This document shows, one piece after another, positions 19,686 to 31,394 of a stretch of 64,000 nucleotides of DNA; the stretch's first letter is position 1, and every line of letters starts with the position of its first letter. Location: the NCBI RefSeq assembly GCF_054482595.1, contig NZ_CM137008.1; one strand, 5' to 3'. The position numbers and the translations under genes are program-made. The notes below the pieces were generated by a model, which had not been told where the DNA came from, ran no database searches, and saw only the letters and a program-made list of their open reading frames with translations.

Positions 19686-20621
19686 ATGTCGCAAAATCAA
19701 GAAATTAGCAAGAAAGAACAATACAACCTGAACAAATTACAAAAACGCCTGCGTCGTAACGTGGGCGAAGCCATTGCTGACTTCAATATGATTGAAGAAG
19801 GCGATCGCATCATGGTTTGCCTCTCCGGGGGTAAAGACAGCTATACCATGCTGGAGATTCTGCGCAATTTGCAGCAAAGCGCGCCAATCAATTTTTCGCT
19901 GGTGGCTGTTAACCTCGATCAAAAGCAACCGGGCTTCCCGGAACACGTTCTGCCCGAGTATCTTGAAAAGCTGGGCGTTGAGTACAAGATTGTTGAAGAG
20001 AACACTTACGGTATCGTGAAAGAGAAGATTCCAGAGGGCAAAACCACTTGCTCACTGTGTTCTCGGCTACGTCGCGGTATCCTTTATCGCACCGCAACGG
20101 AACTGGGGGCGACGAAGATCGCGTTGGGCCACCATCGTGACGATATCCTGCAAACGTTGTTCTTAAATATGTTCTACGGCGGCAAGATGAAAGGTATGCC
20201 TCCGAAACTGATGAGCGATGATGGCAAACATATTGTTATTCGTCCGCTGGCCTACTGCCGCGAGAAAGATATTCAGCGATTTGCCGATGCAAAAGCGTTC
20301 CCGATTATTCCGTGCAACCTGTGCGGTTCACAGCCTAACCTGCAACGTCAGGTGATTGCTGACATGTTGCGTGACTGGGATAAACGTTATCCAGGGCGTA
20401 TCGAGACGATGTTCAGCGCGATGCAGAATGTGGTGCCGTCACATCTGTGCGATACCAACCTGTTCGATTTCAAAGGCATCACCCACGGTTCTGAAGTGGT
20501 TAACGGGGGTGATCTGGCGTTTGATCGCGAAGAGATCCCACTACAACCGGCGGGCTGGCAGCCAGAAGAAGATGAAAATCAGTTGGATGAGTTACGGCTG
20601 AATGTGGTTGAAGTGAAATAA
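19686..20621 (+). CDS. ttcA: tRNA 2-thiocytidine(32) synthetase
   Basis: 311 aa; PP-loop SGGKDS; CxxC cysteine pairs. Confidence 0.95.
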   Translation: MSQNQEISKKEQYNLNKLQKRLRRNVGEAIADFNMIEEGDRIMVCLSGGKDSYTMLEILRNLQQSAPINFSLVAVNLDQKQPGFPEHVLPEYLEKLGVEYKIVEENTYGIVKEKIPEGKTTCSLCSRLRRGILYRTATELGATKIALGHHRDDILQTLFLNMFYGGKMKGMPPKLMSDDGKHIVIRPLAYCREKDIQRFADAKAFPIIPCNLCGSQPNLQRQVIADMLRDWDKRYPGRIETMFSAMQNVVPSHLCDTNLFDFKGITHGSEVVNGGDLAFDREEIPLQPAGWQPEEDENQLDELRLNVVEVK

Positions 20622-20624
20622 CCA

Positions 20625-20705
20625 GGATAGCGCCCGATGCGCAAGCGTATCGGGCTACTCTTATGGAGGCCGGATAAGACGCGGCCAGCGTCGCATCCGG
20701 CAATC
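20625..20705. repeat. REP/BIME elements between convergent ttcA and dbpA
   Basis: ggccggataagacgcg and gcgtcgcatccggcaat match REP consensus. Confidence 0.6.
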
Positions 20706-20749
20706 CCGAATAAGATGTTTACTCTTGCACCCGGCAATTCAACATTTCA

Positions 20750-22123
20750 TTATTTTAATAACCGCACCCGGCACGTTTTTCCTTTAATCTTCCCGCCCTG
20801 TAACTGTTTCCATGCTTTATGAGCAACAGCCTGACGGACCGCGACATAGACATGCGCCGGATGCACGGCGATTTTGCCTATATCTGCGCCATCAAGCCCG
20901 ATATCTCCTGTCAGTGCACCTAATACATCACCCGGGCGCATTTTGGCTTTTTTCCCGCCATCGATACACAACGTTGCCATTTCTGCTTCCAGCGTCACAA
21001 TGGAACTATTAGCTGGCGGCGTTTGCCAGTTAAGTTTTATCTGCAACATGTCAGAAATGATATTGGCCCGCTGTGCTTCTTCCGGAGCACAGAAACTGAT
21101 CGCCAGACCGCTATTTCCTGCACGAGCTGTACGACCGATGCGATGTACATGAACTTCAGGGTCCCACGCCAGCTCAAAGTTCACCACCAGCTCAAGCGAT
21201 TTAATATCCAGACCACGCGCAGCAACATCAGTCGCGACCAGTACACGGGCGCTACCGTTAGCAAAACGTACCAGGGTCTGATCGCGATCGCGTTGCTCCA
21301 AATCGCCGTGTAATGACAATGCACTTTGCCCTACTTCATTCAGCGCGTCGCAGACAGCCTGGCAATCTTTTTTGGTATTGCAAAACACCACGCAAGAGGA
21401 TGGCTGATGCAAGCTTAATAACCGTTGCAACAGAGGAATTTTGCCTTTACTGGATGTCTCATAAAATTGTTGTTCAATGGGTGGCAAAGCATCTGTTGAG
21501 TCAATTTCAATCGCCAAAGGATCGCGTTGCACTCGTCCGCTGATTGCGGCGATGGCTTCCGGCCAGGTTGCCGAAAACAGAAGCGTCTGTCGAGATGCAG
21601 GCGCAAAACGGATGACATCATCAATGGCATCGCTAAATCCCATATCCAGCATGCGGTCGGCCTCATCCATCACCAAAGTATTCAGCGCATCCAGTGATAC
21701 CGTGCCTTTTTGCAGGTGATCCAGCAAACGGCCCGGCGTTGCCACGATAATATGCGGCGCATGTTGCAACGAATCACGCTGCATACCGAACGGTTGACCA
21801 CCGCACAACGTCAAAATTTTGGTATTTGGCAGAAAACGCGCCAGCCGACGCAATTCACCTGCCACCTGATCCGCCAGTTCACGCGTAGGACACAGCACTA
21901 AAGCCTGGGTTTGAAATAGCGACGCATCAATTTGCTGTAACAAGCCGAGGCCAAAAGCCGCCGTTTTGCCGCTGCCAGTTTTCGCCTGCACGCGAACATC
22001 TTTTCCGGCAAGGATCGCCGGAAGCGCGGCGGCCTGCACCGGCGTCATGGTTAAATAACCCAACTCATTAAGGTTCGTGAGTTGGGCGGGAGGCAAAACA
22101 TTCAGGGTAGAAAAAGCGGTCAC
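20750..22123 (-). CDS. dbpA: ATP-dependent RNA helicase DbpA (23S rRNA-specific DEAD-box)
   Basis: 457 aa; Walker A AKTGSGKT; DEAD box VMDEAD. Confidence 0.95.
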   Translation of the reverse strand: MTAFSTLNVLPPAQLTNLNELGYLTMTPVQAAALPAILAGKDVRVQAKTGSGKTAAFGLGLLQQIDASLFQTQALVLCPTRELADQVAGELRRLARFLPNTKILTLCGGQPFGMQRDSLQHAPHIIVATPGRLLDHLQKGTVSLDALNTLVMDEADRMLDMGFSDAIDDVIRFAPASRQTLLFSATWPEAIAAISGRVQRDPLAIEIDSTDALPPIEQQFYETSSKGKIPLLQRLLSLHQPSSCVVFCNTKKDCQAVCDALNEVGQSALSLHGDLEQRDRDQTLVRFANGSARVLVATDVAARGLDIKSLELVVNFELAWDPEVHVHRIGRTARAGNSGLAISFCAPEEAQRANIISDMLQIKLNWQTPPANSSIVTLEAEMATLCIDGGKKAKMRPGDVLGALTGDIGLDGADIGKIAVHPAHVYVAVRQAVAHKAWKQLQGGKIKGKTCRVRLLK

Positions 22124-22155
22124 AATCTATTCTCGTGGTCATCGACGCAAAGTCA

Positions 22156-22326
22156 TCAGGCGCGTATCCTCGCAGATCTACGCTCACGATGCGACAATTT
22201 AATCGGTTCTTCATCGGGTGGTGGGTCAGGCATGGGTTGCGGGCGAGGGATCGGATCGGGCACTGGAACAGGATCGCCAGGAATCGGTTCAGGGACAGGA
22301 ATTTGCAAATAAATAAGTATCGTCAT
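22156..22326 (-). CDS. Candidate small proline-rich protein (56 aa), unnamed
   Basis: Hand-translated from the minus strand: MTILIYLQIPVPEPIPGDPVPVPDPIPRPQPMPDPPPDEEPIKLSHRERRSARIRA, stop TGA. GGAGGG 4 nt upstream of the ATG. Below the ORF-track length cutoff. Confidence 0.4.
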   Translation of the reverse strand: MTILIYLQIPVPEPIPGDPVPVPDPIPRPQPMPDPPPDEEPIKLSHRERRSARIRA

Positions 22327-22383
22327 ATTTCCCTCCGGTCATTGGGTGGACTCTTAAAGGGTAGACGCTGATAAATAACAGGC

Positions 22384-22505
22384 AAAAAAAAGCCGACTCA
22401 TCAAAGTCGGCGTCGTACGAATCAATTGTGCTATGCAGTAATTCAAAAAAGGAAGTAAGACAATATGGAGCGCAACGCCCATCGCTTGACGTTGCATTCA
22501 CCTGC
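22384..22505 (-). ncRNA. fnrS: FnrS small RNA (FNR-activated)
   Basis: Reverse complement reads GCAGGTGAATGCAACGTCAAGCGATGGGCGTTGCGCTCCATATTGTC...GAGTCGGCTTTTTTTT, matching recalled FnrS incl. terminator; located between zntB and dbpA as in K-12. Confidence 0.85.
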
Positions 22506-22539
22506 AAGAGAGATATTGCCCTGAATGGGTAGAGAGTTT

Positions 22540-22553
22540 ATTGACTTCGCTCA
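22540..22553 (-). promoter_or_regulatory. FNR box upstream of fnrS
   Basis: ttgacttcgctcaa approximates TTGAT-N4-ATCAA; centre about 41.5 nt upstream of the inferred FnrS 5' end. Confidence 0.55.
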
Positions 22554-22600
22554 AACTTTGCGGCGTTTTTGTATACAGACAGCCGGAAAAATTGCTTTTG

Positions 22601-23605
<1,005 letters not shown>

Positions 23606-23838
23606 TTATTTTGTAGTCTAGCCTTCTGGCCCTGTTACGCAACATCTCATCACCCCATTACCCTGAAATGATTAATAAAATTCTGTCTAAATTGAATACA
23701 AAAAGCAAAATGCTTTTCCGTATACAAACCGTGTGAAGTGTTAAATAGCGTCTATCATTATCAGAATTATCTGATCATATGACGTGGCTTTTTTGCGATC
23801 GGATAGCAACAAAAATTGATAAAAATAATGGGATCTCA

Positions 23839-25071
23839 ATGATTACGCACAACTTCAATACCCTGGACTTACTCACCAGTCCTGTCTGGATCGTTTCGCC
23901 CTTTGAGGAACAGTTAATTTATGCCAATAGCGCGGCGCGACTGTTGATGCAAGACCTCACGTTTAGTCAGCTACGAACCGGTCCCTATTCCGTCTCCTCA
24001 CAAAAAGAACTGCCGAAATACCTCTCCGATCTGCAAAACCAACACGATATTATCGAAATCCTCACTGTTCAGCGTAAAGAAGAGGAAACAGCATTAAGCT
24101 GTCGGCTTGTTTTGCGAGAGCTGACAGAAACAGAACCGGTGATTATTTTCGAAGGTATCGAAGCGCCGGCAACGCTGGGTTTAAAAGCCAGTCGCTCAGC
24201 AAATTATCAGCGCAAAAAACAAGGTTTTTATGCGCGCTTTTTTCTGACTAACTCTGCACCAATGTTGTTGATTGACCCGTCACGAGATGGCCAAATCGTC
24301 GATGCTAACCTCGCCGCGCTCAATTTCTATGGTTATAACCATGAAACGATGTGCCAGAAACATACCTGGGAAATAAATATGCTCGGGCGTCGCGTCATGC
24401 CTATCATGCATGAAATTTCGCATTTACCCGGCGGTCATAAACCTTTGAATTTTGTTCATAAACTGGCGGATGGATCTACTCGTCATGTGCAGACCTATGC
24501 CGGACCGATTGAAATTTATGGCGACAAGCTCATGTTATGTATTGTGCATGATATTACTGAGCAAAAACGGCTGGAGGAGCAGCTGGAACATGCTGCTCAC
24601 CATGACGCGATGACCGGATTACTGAATCGGCGACAGTTTTATCACATTACGGAACCAGGCCAAATGCAGCATCTCGCCATCGCTCAGGATTACAGCTTGT
24701 TGCTCATCGACACCGATCGTTTTAAACACATTAACGATCTCTATGGGCATTCTAAAGGTGATGAGGTGTTATGCGCCCTCGCCCGCACCCTCGAAAGTTG
24801 CGCTCGCAAAGGCGATTTGGTGTTTCGTTGGGGAGGCGAAGAGTTTGTCTTATTGCTACCAAGAACCCCACTGGATACCGCGCTTTCGCTGGCTGAAACT
24901 ATCCGCGTAAGCGTGGCAAAAGTGAGTATTTCGGGCTTACCACGCTTTACCGTCAGCATTGGTGTGGCGCATCACGAAGGAAATGAAAGCATCGATGAAC
25001 TGTTTAAACGCGTTGATGATGCTTTGTATCGGGCGAAAAATGATGGACGCAACCGCGTGCTGGCGGCATAA
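23839..25071 (+). CDS. dgcM: Diguanylate cyclase DgcM (PAS-PAS-GGDEF)
   Basis: ORF track 23779..25071; start at MITHNFNTLDLL gives 410 aa; GGEEF active site in RWGGEEFVLLL. Confidence 0.9.
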   Translation: MITHNFNTLDLLTSPVWIVSPFEEQLIYANSAARLLMQDLTFSQLRTGPYSVSSQKELPKYLSDLQNQHDIIEILTVQRKEEETALSCRLVLRELTETEPVIIFEGIEAPATLGLKASRSANYQRKKQGFYARFFLTNSAPMLLIDPSRDGQIVDANLAALNFYGYNHETMCQKHTWEINMLGRRVMPIMHEISHLPGGHKPLNFVHKLADGSTRHVQTYAGPIEIYGDKLMLCIVHDITEQKRLEEQLEHAAHHDAMTGLLNRRQFYHITEPGQMQHLAIAQDYSLLLIDTDRFKHINDLYGHSKGDEVLCALARTLESCARKGDLVFRWGGEEFVLLLPRTPLDTALSLAETIRVSVAKVSISGLPRFTVSIGVAHHEGNESIDELFKRVDDALYRAKNDGRNRVLAA

Positions 25072-25091
25072 GCCGCGGATGCGTCTCGAGA

Positions 25092-25655
25092 TCAACGACT
25101 GCGCTTAGCGTGGCGCTCCCAGTTTTCTTGCTTCGCCTGCGCCGTTTTACGTAGTGCGACGTAACACGCCCCGCTGCCGCCATGATGCGGTAGCGCGGTG
25201 CAATATGCCTGAACATCATCAAATTCGGTCAGCCAGCGCGCCACATAGCTGCGGACAATATTGGCATGCGATTTATCATCCCGCCCTTTACCATGAATAA
25301 TCAGCACGTTACGCAAACCATCCGCCAGGGCTTGTTGAATAAAACTGAACACCATTTTGCGGCACTCTTCCACCGGCTGGCGCAAAAGATTCAGGCTCGC
25401 CTGTTGCGGATATTTACCACTGCGCAGCTTATCCAGCACCCCATGTTGCAACCCTTCCCGCCGAAACTCCAGCGGCTGACTTAGTGGGATAATGTCGAGA
25501 AATCCGGTAGTGAGGAAATTATCAAGCTGCAGCGTGTCGATACGCTGTGGCGCACGTTGGTTACGCGTGGGATGCCAGTGGACATCGGTAGCACGTTTCA
25601 GCGGCTGGACATCTTCCATGGCGTCAAGAAACAGCGATTTGTCGTCAAGGTTCAT
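25092..25655 (-). CDS. smrA: Smr-domain DNA endonuclease
   Basis: 187 aa; C-terminal Smr domain; synteny. Confidence 0.85.
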   Translation of the reverse strand: MNLDDKSLFLDAMEDVQPLKRATDVHWHPTRNQRAPQRIDTLQLDNFLTTGFLDIIPLSQPLEFRREGLQHGVLDKLRSGKYPQQASLNLLRQPVEECRKMVFSFIQQALADGLRNVLIIHGKGRDDKSHANIVRSYVARWLTEFDDVQAYCTALPHHGGSGACYVALRKTAQAKQENWERHAKRSR

Positions 25656-25882
25656 GTTACATCCTCCCGCAATTAAGAGCGCGATATGATAACCAGACCG
25701 GGTCGGTCCAACAACGTATTACCCAAAATTCCAGTAATAAGTTCCAAATGTTGCCGATATTTTAAGCAAAATGCTTATGCATGATTATTCATTCACGATA
25801 TTAATAATGTAACTTATATTTTCGTGAAATCTGTCACTGAAGAAAATTGGCAACTAAAGGTTAAAACCGTTATAACACAGTC

Positions 25883-25977
25883 ACCGGCGCAGAGGAGACA
25901 ATGCCGGATTTAAGACGCGGATGCACTGCTGTGTGTACTATAGAGTCTGGCGGATGTCGACAGACTCTATTTTTTTA
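25883..25977 (+). ncRNA. mcaS: McaS (IsrA) small RNA
   Basis: ACCGGCGCAGAGGAGACAATGCCGGATTTAAGACGCGGATGCACTGCTGTGTGTACT...CGACAGACTCTATTTTTTT matches recalled McaS; between smrA and abgR as in K-12. Confidence 0.8.
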
Positions 25978-25984
25978 TGCAGTT

Positions 25985-26893
25985 TTAACTTTGCAGATAG
26001 CCGCATTCTCGCCGGAATTGCGTGATTAATGACGCGGTCAGTGGTGTCTGGCGACTATCACGCCGCTGAATCAAATAATAGGCCGCTTTCGGTAAAATTT
26101 CGCTAACCGGCAACATCACCAGCCCCTGTCCGTGCAAGGGATCGCAGCCCATTTCTTCAGGCAGTATGCTGAGAAAATCGCTTTTTGCCACCAGACTGAT
26201 ACAGGCTGAGAACGTCTCGCAGACTACACCGACCTGTGGCGTTTGCGCCTGATCGTCAAGCAATTCACTCAACTGTTTGTAGTAGCTGCCGTGTGGCGTC
26301 GGCATTGTCCAGCTGTAATCCAGTAACTGTTTGATCGAACGGGCACCAATGGCGGGGTGTCCCGGGCGGCAAAAGATCGCGAATTGCTTTTCCAGTAATT
26401 TCTCAAAAGTAAATTCGTGGTCGTACGATCCCTGATAATAGGTATTGATGGTGAAATCCAATTCTCCCTGACGCAATTCATTAATCATCGACACCAGTTG
26501 CCCTTCCATAATGCGTACTTTTACCTGCGGATGCTGCTGATGAAAACGAGATATGACAGCTGGCATCAGACTGCGGGAAATACTGGCCCCCATGCCGATA
26601 TTAATCTGCCCTGCCAGTTGCCCTTGTCGTTGGCGAATATCCTCTTGGGCTGCGCGCAGCTCTTCAAGAATAAGACTGGCGTGCTGATAAAAACTTTCAC
26701 CGGCATCAGTTAACGTCACGCCTTTACTACGGCGAAAAAAGAGTTGCGCCGCTAACCCTTCTTCCAGCTCCTGAATAGATTTACTCAGTGCCGGTTGCGA
26801 CATATTCAACATTCGGCTCGCTCCGCGAATGCTGCCCTGACGAGCCACTTCAACAAAAGCCCGAATTTGATGAATTTTTACCTGAAAAGCCAT
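25985..26893 (-). CDS. abgR: LysR-family regulator of abg operon
   Basis: 302 aa; N-terminal HTH (QGSIRGASRMLNMSQPALSKSIQELE); divergent from abgA. Confidence 0.9.
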   Translation of the reverse strand: MAFQVKIHQIRAFVEVARQGSIRGASRMLNMSQPALSKSIQELEEGLAAQLFFRRSKGVTLTDAGESFYQHASLILEELRAAQEDIRQRQGQLAGQINIGMGASISRSLMPAVISRFHQQHPQVKVRIMEGQLVSMINELRQGELDFTINTYYQGSYDHEFTFEKLLEKQFAIFCRPGHPAIGARSIKQLLDYSWTMPTPHGSYYKQLSELLDDQAQTPQVGVVCETFSACISLVAKSDFLSILPEEMGCDPLHGQGLVMLPVSEILPKAAYYLIQRRDSRQTPLTASLITQFRRECGYLQS

Positions 26894-27068
26894 GACGCCA
26901 CCGATAACCGTTATTTATCAGACCAAAGAAACTGGCATCTACTTTAATGCAGATGATTGTGTCAGGGTAATTTATGAACGGTTAAAACTGTGAAAAATCA
27001 GTTAGTGATAAGTAAAAACTATCGCTACGTGAACCGGGTCACACTTTTTACTGATGACGGGAAAGGTT

Positions 27069-28379
27069 ATGGAGTATTTGAATCAATTTGTTAATTCGCT
27101 TGCCCCAAAATTATCGCACTGGCGACGTGATTTTCATCACTATGCAGAGTCTGGCTGGGTGGAATTCCGCACTGCCACCCTTGTTGCGGAAGAATTGCAG
27201 CAGCTCGGCTATTCACTGGCGCTGGGCCGCGAAGTAGTTAATGAAAGTAGCCGGATGGGACTACCTGATGAACTCACTCTACAACGCGAATTCGAGCGCG
27301 CTCGTCAACAGGGTGCGCTAGCACAATGGATTGCGGCTTTTGAAGGTGGTTTCACTGGTATCGTCGCCACCCTGGATACCGGTCGCCCCGGTCCGGTGAT
27401 GGCTTTCCGTGTCGATATGGACGCGCTGGATCTCAGTGAAGAGCAGGATGTCAGCCATCGCCCCTACCGCGACGGTTTTGTGTCATGTAACGCCGGAATG
27501 ATGCATGCCTGTGGTCATGATGGGCATACCGCCATTGGGCTTGGGCTGGCGCATACCCTTAAACAGTTCGAGTCCGGACTACATGGCATCATCAAACTGA
27601 TTTTTCAACCTGCAGAAGAAGGTACGCGTGGCGCGCGGGCGATGGTCGATGCAGGTGTAGTGGATGATGTTGATTATTTTACTGCCGTGCACATTGGCAC
27701 TGGCGTACCTGCGGGCACCGTGGTGTGCGGCAGTGATAATTTTATGGCAACCACCAAATTTGACGCGCACTTCACCGGGACCGCCGCTCACGCAGGCGCA
27801 AAACCAGAAGACGGTCACAATGCCTTGTTGGCGGCAGCACAAGCAACTCTTGCACTGCATGCAATCGCCCCGCACAGCGAAGGCGCTTCCAGAGTAAACG
27901 TGGGCGTTATGCAGGCAGGAAGCGGTCGTAATGTTGTTCCTGCCTCGGCGTTGCTGAAAGTGGAAACACGCGGGGCCAGCGACGTCATTAATCAATATGT
28001 TTTTGACCGTGCACAACAAGCGATTCAGGGCGCAGCAACCATGTATGGTGTCGGCGTTGAAATTCGTCTGATGGGTGCAGCTACCGCCAGTTCTCCTTCG
28101 CCGCAATGGGTCGCATGGTTGCAAAGTCAGGCGGCTCAGGTCGCGAGGGTCAATCAGGCCATTGAACGTGTCGAAGCGCCTGCGGGTTCCGAAGATGCCA
28201 CATTAATGATGGCCCGCGTGCAGCAACATCAAGGGCAAGCCTCCTACATGGTGTTTGGCACACAGCTGGCGGCAGGTCATCACAACGAAAAATTCGATTT
28301 TGACGAGCAGGTTCTCGCTATTGCCGTCGAAACGCTGGCGCGCACCGCGCTCAATTTTCCCTGGACGCGAGGTATCTGA
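27069..28379 (+). CDS. abgA: p-Aminobenzoyl-glutamate hydrolase subunit A (M20 family)
   Basis: ORF track 27054..28379; start at MEYLNQ gives 436 aa. Confidence 0.9.
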   Translation: MEYLNQFVNSLAPKLSHWRRDFHHYAESGWVEFRTATLVAEELQQLGYSLALGREVVNESSRMGLPDELTLQREFERARQQGALAQWIAAFEGGFTGIVATLDTGRPGPVMAFRVDMDALDLSEEQDVSHRPYRDGFVSCNAGMMHACGHDGHTAIGLGLAHTLKQFESGLHGIIKLIFQPAEEGTRGARAMVDAGVVDDVDYFTAVHIGTGVPAGTVVCGSDNFMATTKFDAHFTGTAAHAGAKPEDGHNALLAAAQATLALHAIAPHSEGASRVNVGVMQAGSGRNVVPASALLKVETRGASDVINQYVFDRAQQAIQGAATMYGVGVEIRLMGAATASSPSPQWVAWLQSQAAQVARVNQAIERVEAPAGSEDATLMMARVQQHQGQASYMVFGTQLAAGHHNEKFDFDEQVLAIAVETLARTALNFPWTRGI

Positions 28380-29824
28380 TGCAGGAAATCTATCGTTTTA
28401 TCGACGATGCGATTGAAGCCGATCGCCAACGTTATACCGATATTGCCGATCAAATCTTGGATCATCCAGAAACACGTTTTGAAGAGTTCTGGTCAGCGGA
28501 GCATCTGGCTTCGGCGCTGGAATCTGCAGGCTTCACCGTTACCCGCAACGTAGGCAATATCCCAAATGCCTTTATTGCTTCGTTTGGTCAAGGCAAACCG
28601 GTTATCGCCCTGCTGGGAGAATATGACGCCCTGGCAGGTTTAAGTCAGCAAGCAGGTTGCGCGCAACCTACATCCGCGACGCCCGGTGAAAATGGTCACG
28701 GTTGCGGACACAATTTGCTGGGAACCGCCGCCTTTGCCGCTGCAATAACCGTCAAGAAATGGCTGGAACAATATGGGCAAGGCGGCACGGTGCGCTTTTA
28801 TGGTTGTCCTGGCGAAGAAGGCGGCTCGGGTAAAACGTTCATGGTTCGCGAGGGGGTATTTGATGATGTGGATGCGGCACTCACCTGGCACCCGGAAGCC
28901 TTTGCCGGTATGTTCAATACCCGCACGCTGGCAAACATTCAGGCATCATGGCGCTTTAAAGGGATCGCAGCACATGCCGCGAATTCCCCTCATTTGGGAC
29001 GCAGCGCCCTTGATGCCGTAACGTTGATGACCACTGGCACCAACTTCCTCAACGAACATATTATTGAAAAAGCGCGCGTACACTATGCCATCACAAATAG
29101 CGGCGGGATCTCGCCCAACGTGGTCCAGGCGCAGGCAGAAGTGCTTTATCTTATCCGCGCCCCCGAAATGACCGACGTGCAGCATATTTATGATCGGGTC
29201 GCCAAAATCGCCGAAGGTGCGGCATTGATGACCGAAACCACGGTTGAATGCCGCTTCGACAAAGCCTGTTCCAGTTATCTCCCGAATCGCACCTTAGAAA
29301 ATGCCATGTACCAGGCCCTATCCCATTTTGGTACCCCGGAATGGAACTCCGAAGAACTGGCTTTTGCGAGACAAATTCAGGCTACGCTCACCTCCAACGA
29401 TCGGCAAAACAGTCTGAATAATATCGCCGCAACCGGTGGCGAAAACGGCAAGGTTTTTGCACTACGTCATCGTGAAACGGTACTGGCGAATGAGGTCGCT
29501 CCATATGCCGCCACCGATAACGTGCTTGCGGCATCGACTGATGTCGGCGACGTCAGTTGGAAACTGCCTGTTGCCCAGTGTTTCAGCCCCTGTTTTGCCG
29601 TCGGTACACCGCTACATACGTGGCAACTGGTTAGCCAGGGGCGAACATCTATTGCTCATAAAGGAATGCTGCTGGCGGCGAAAACTATGGCAGCAACCAC
29701 AGTCAATCTCTTCATTGATTCAGGGCTATTGCAAGAATGCCAACAAGAGCATCAGCAAGTTACGGACACGCAACCGTATCACTGCCCTATCCCGAAAAAC
29801 GTGACACCGTCACCTTTAAAATAA
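28379..29824 (+). CDS. abgB: p-Aminobenzoyl-glutamate hydrolase subunit B (M20 family)
   Basis: 481 aa; start overlaps abgA stop. Confidence 0.9.
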   Translation: MQEIYRFIDDAIEADRQRYTDIADQILDHPETRFEEFWSAEHLASALESAGFTVTRNVGNIPNAFIASFGQGKPVIALLGEYDALAGLSQQAGCAQPTSATPGENGHGCGHNLLGTAAFAAAITVKKWLEQYGQGGTVRFYGCPGEEGGSGKTFMVREGVFDDVDAALTWHPEAFAGMFNTRTLANIQASWRFKGIAAHAANSPHLGRSALDAVTLMTTGTNFLNEHIIEKARVHYAITNSGGISPNVVQAQAEVLYLIRAPEMTDVQHIYDRVAKIAEGAALMTETTVECRFDKACSSYLPNRTLENAMYQALSHFGTPEWNSEELAFARQIQATLTSNDRQNSLNNIAATGGENGKVFALRHRETVLANEVAPYAATDNVLAASTDVGDVSWKLPVAQCFSPCFAVGTPLHTWQLVSQGRTSIAHKGMLLAAKTMAATTVNLFIDSGLLQECQQEHQQVTDTQPYHCPIPKNVTPSPLK

Positions 29825-29857
29825 CAACAACGCAAACACAACAACCGAGGAATGCCC

Positions 29858-31384
29858 ATGAGTATGTCATCCATACCGTCGTCCTCCCAATCCGGGAAGC
29901 TCTATGGCTGGGTCGAAAGAATTGGTAACAAGGTTCCCCATCCTTTTTTGCTCTTTATCTATTTGATAATCGTACTCATGGTGACGACGGCAATTTTGTC
30001 AGCCTTTGGCGTCAGTGCGAAAAACCCGACCGATGGTACGCCGGTGGTGGTGAAAAACCTGCTCAGTGTGGAAGGATTACACTGGTTTTTACCCAATGTG
30101 ATTAAAAACTTTAGCGGTTTTGCTCCACTTGGAGCGATCCTGGCGCTGGTTTTAGGTGCCGGCCTAGCGGAGCGCGTCGGCTTACTGCCAGCGCTAATGG
30201 TTAAAATGGCATCGCATGTTAATGCCCGCTACGCCAGTTATATGGTGCTGTTTATTGCTTTTTTCAGCCACATTTCTTCCGATGCGGCGTTAGTGATCAT
30301 GCCACCGATGGGTGCGCTGATTTTTCTGGCGGTGGGCAGGCATCCAGTTGCAGGTTTACTGGCCGCCATTGCAGGCGTAGGTTGCGGCTTCACGGCTAAT
30401 TTACTGATTGTCACAACCGACGTGTTGCTGTCGGGGATCAGCACGGAAGCGGCGGCTGCGTTCAATCCGCAAATGCACGTCAGTGTAATTGATAACTGGT
30501 ATTTTATGGCCAGCTCCGTAGTCGTACTGACGATTGTTGGCGGCCTGATAACCGACAAAATCATCGAGCCACGGTTAGGTCAATGGCAGGGAAACAGCGA
30601 TGAGAAACTGCAGACATTGACCGAAAGTCAGCGTTTTGGTTTACGCATAGCAGGTGTCGTATCGCTACTTTTTATTGCTGCGATCGCGCTGATGGTGATC
30701 CCGGAAAACGGGATATTGCGCGATCCGATTAATCACACCGTGATGCCATCACCCTTTATTAAAGGTATCGTGCCACTGATCATTCTTTTTTTCTTTGTTG
30801 TCTCGCTGGCTTATGGCATCGCTACCCGCACAATTCGACGTCAGGCGGATTTACCGCATTTAATGATTGAACCGATGAAAGAGATGGCGGGATTTATCGT
30901 GATGGTTTTTCCCCTAGCCCAGTTTGTCGCCATGTTTAACTGGAGCAACATGGGGAAATTCATCGCCGTGGGGCTGACCGATATACTTGAAAGTTCAGGG
31001 CTTAGCGGCATCCCGGCGTTTGTCGGTCTGGCGTTGCTTTCCTCTTTCTTATGCATGTTTATTGCCAGCGGTTCCGCAATCTGGTCGATTCTGGCCCCCA
31101 TTTTCGTACCAATGTTTATGCTACTTGGCTTTCACCCGGCATTTGCGCAAATCCTCTTTCGTATTGCCGACTCATCCGTATTGCCTTTAGCGCCGGTATC
31201 TCCTTTTGTTCCACTGTTTCTTGGATTCCTGCAACGCTACAAACCAGACGCGAAACTGGGTACTTACTATTCGTTAGTCTTGCCCTATCCGCTTATCTTT
31301 TTGGTGGTATGGCTGCTGATGTTGCTGGCGTGGTATCTTGTCGGTCTGCCGATAGGTCCGGGTATTTACCCACGTTTGTCTTAA
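29858..31384 (+). CDS. abgT: p-Aminobenzoyl-glutamate transporter
   Basis: ORF track 29852..31384; start at [11 protein letters not shown] gives 508 aa; polytopic membrane protein. Confidence 0.9.
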
Positions 31385-31394
31385 GAGAGAACGG

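Noticed and set aside
20625-20705. Possible sRNA or mobile-element remnant between ttcA and dbpA
   Set aside because: Sequence matches REP/BIME palindromic elements (GCCGGATGCG-type), which are common intergenic repeats, not a mobile element with coding capacity.
22082-22312. 76-aa Gly-rich plus-strand ORF overlapping the dbpA start
   Set aside because: It is the opposite-strand shadow of the Pro-rich minus-strand ORF. The minus-strand frame has a strong Shine-Dalgarno and is co-directional with flanking genes, so the plus-strand frame is less plausible.
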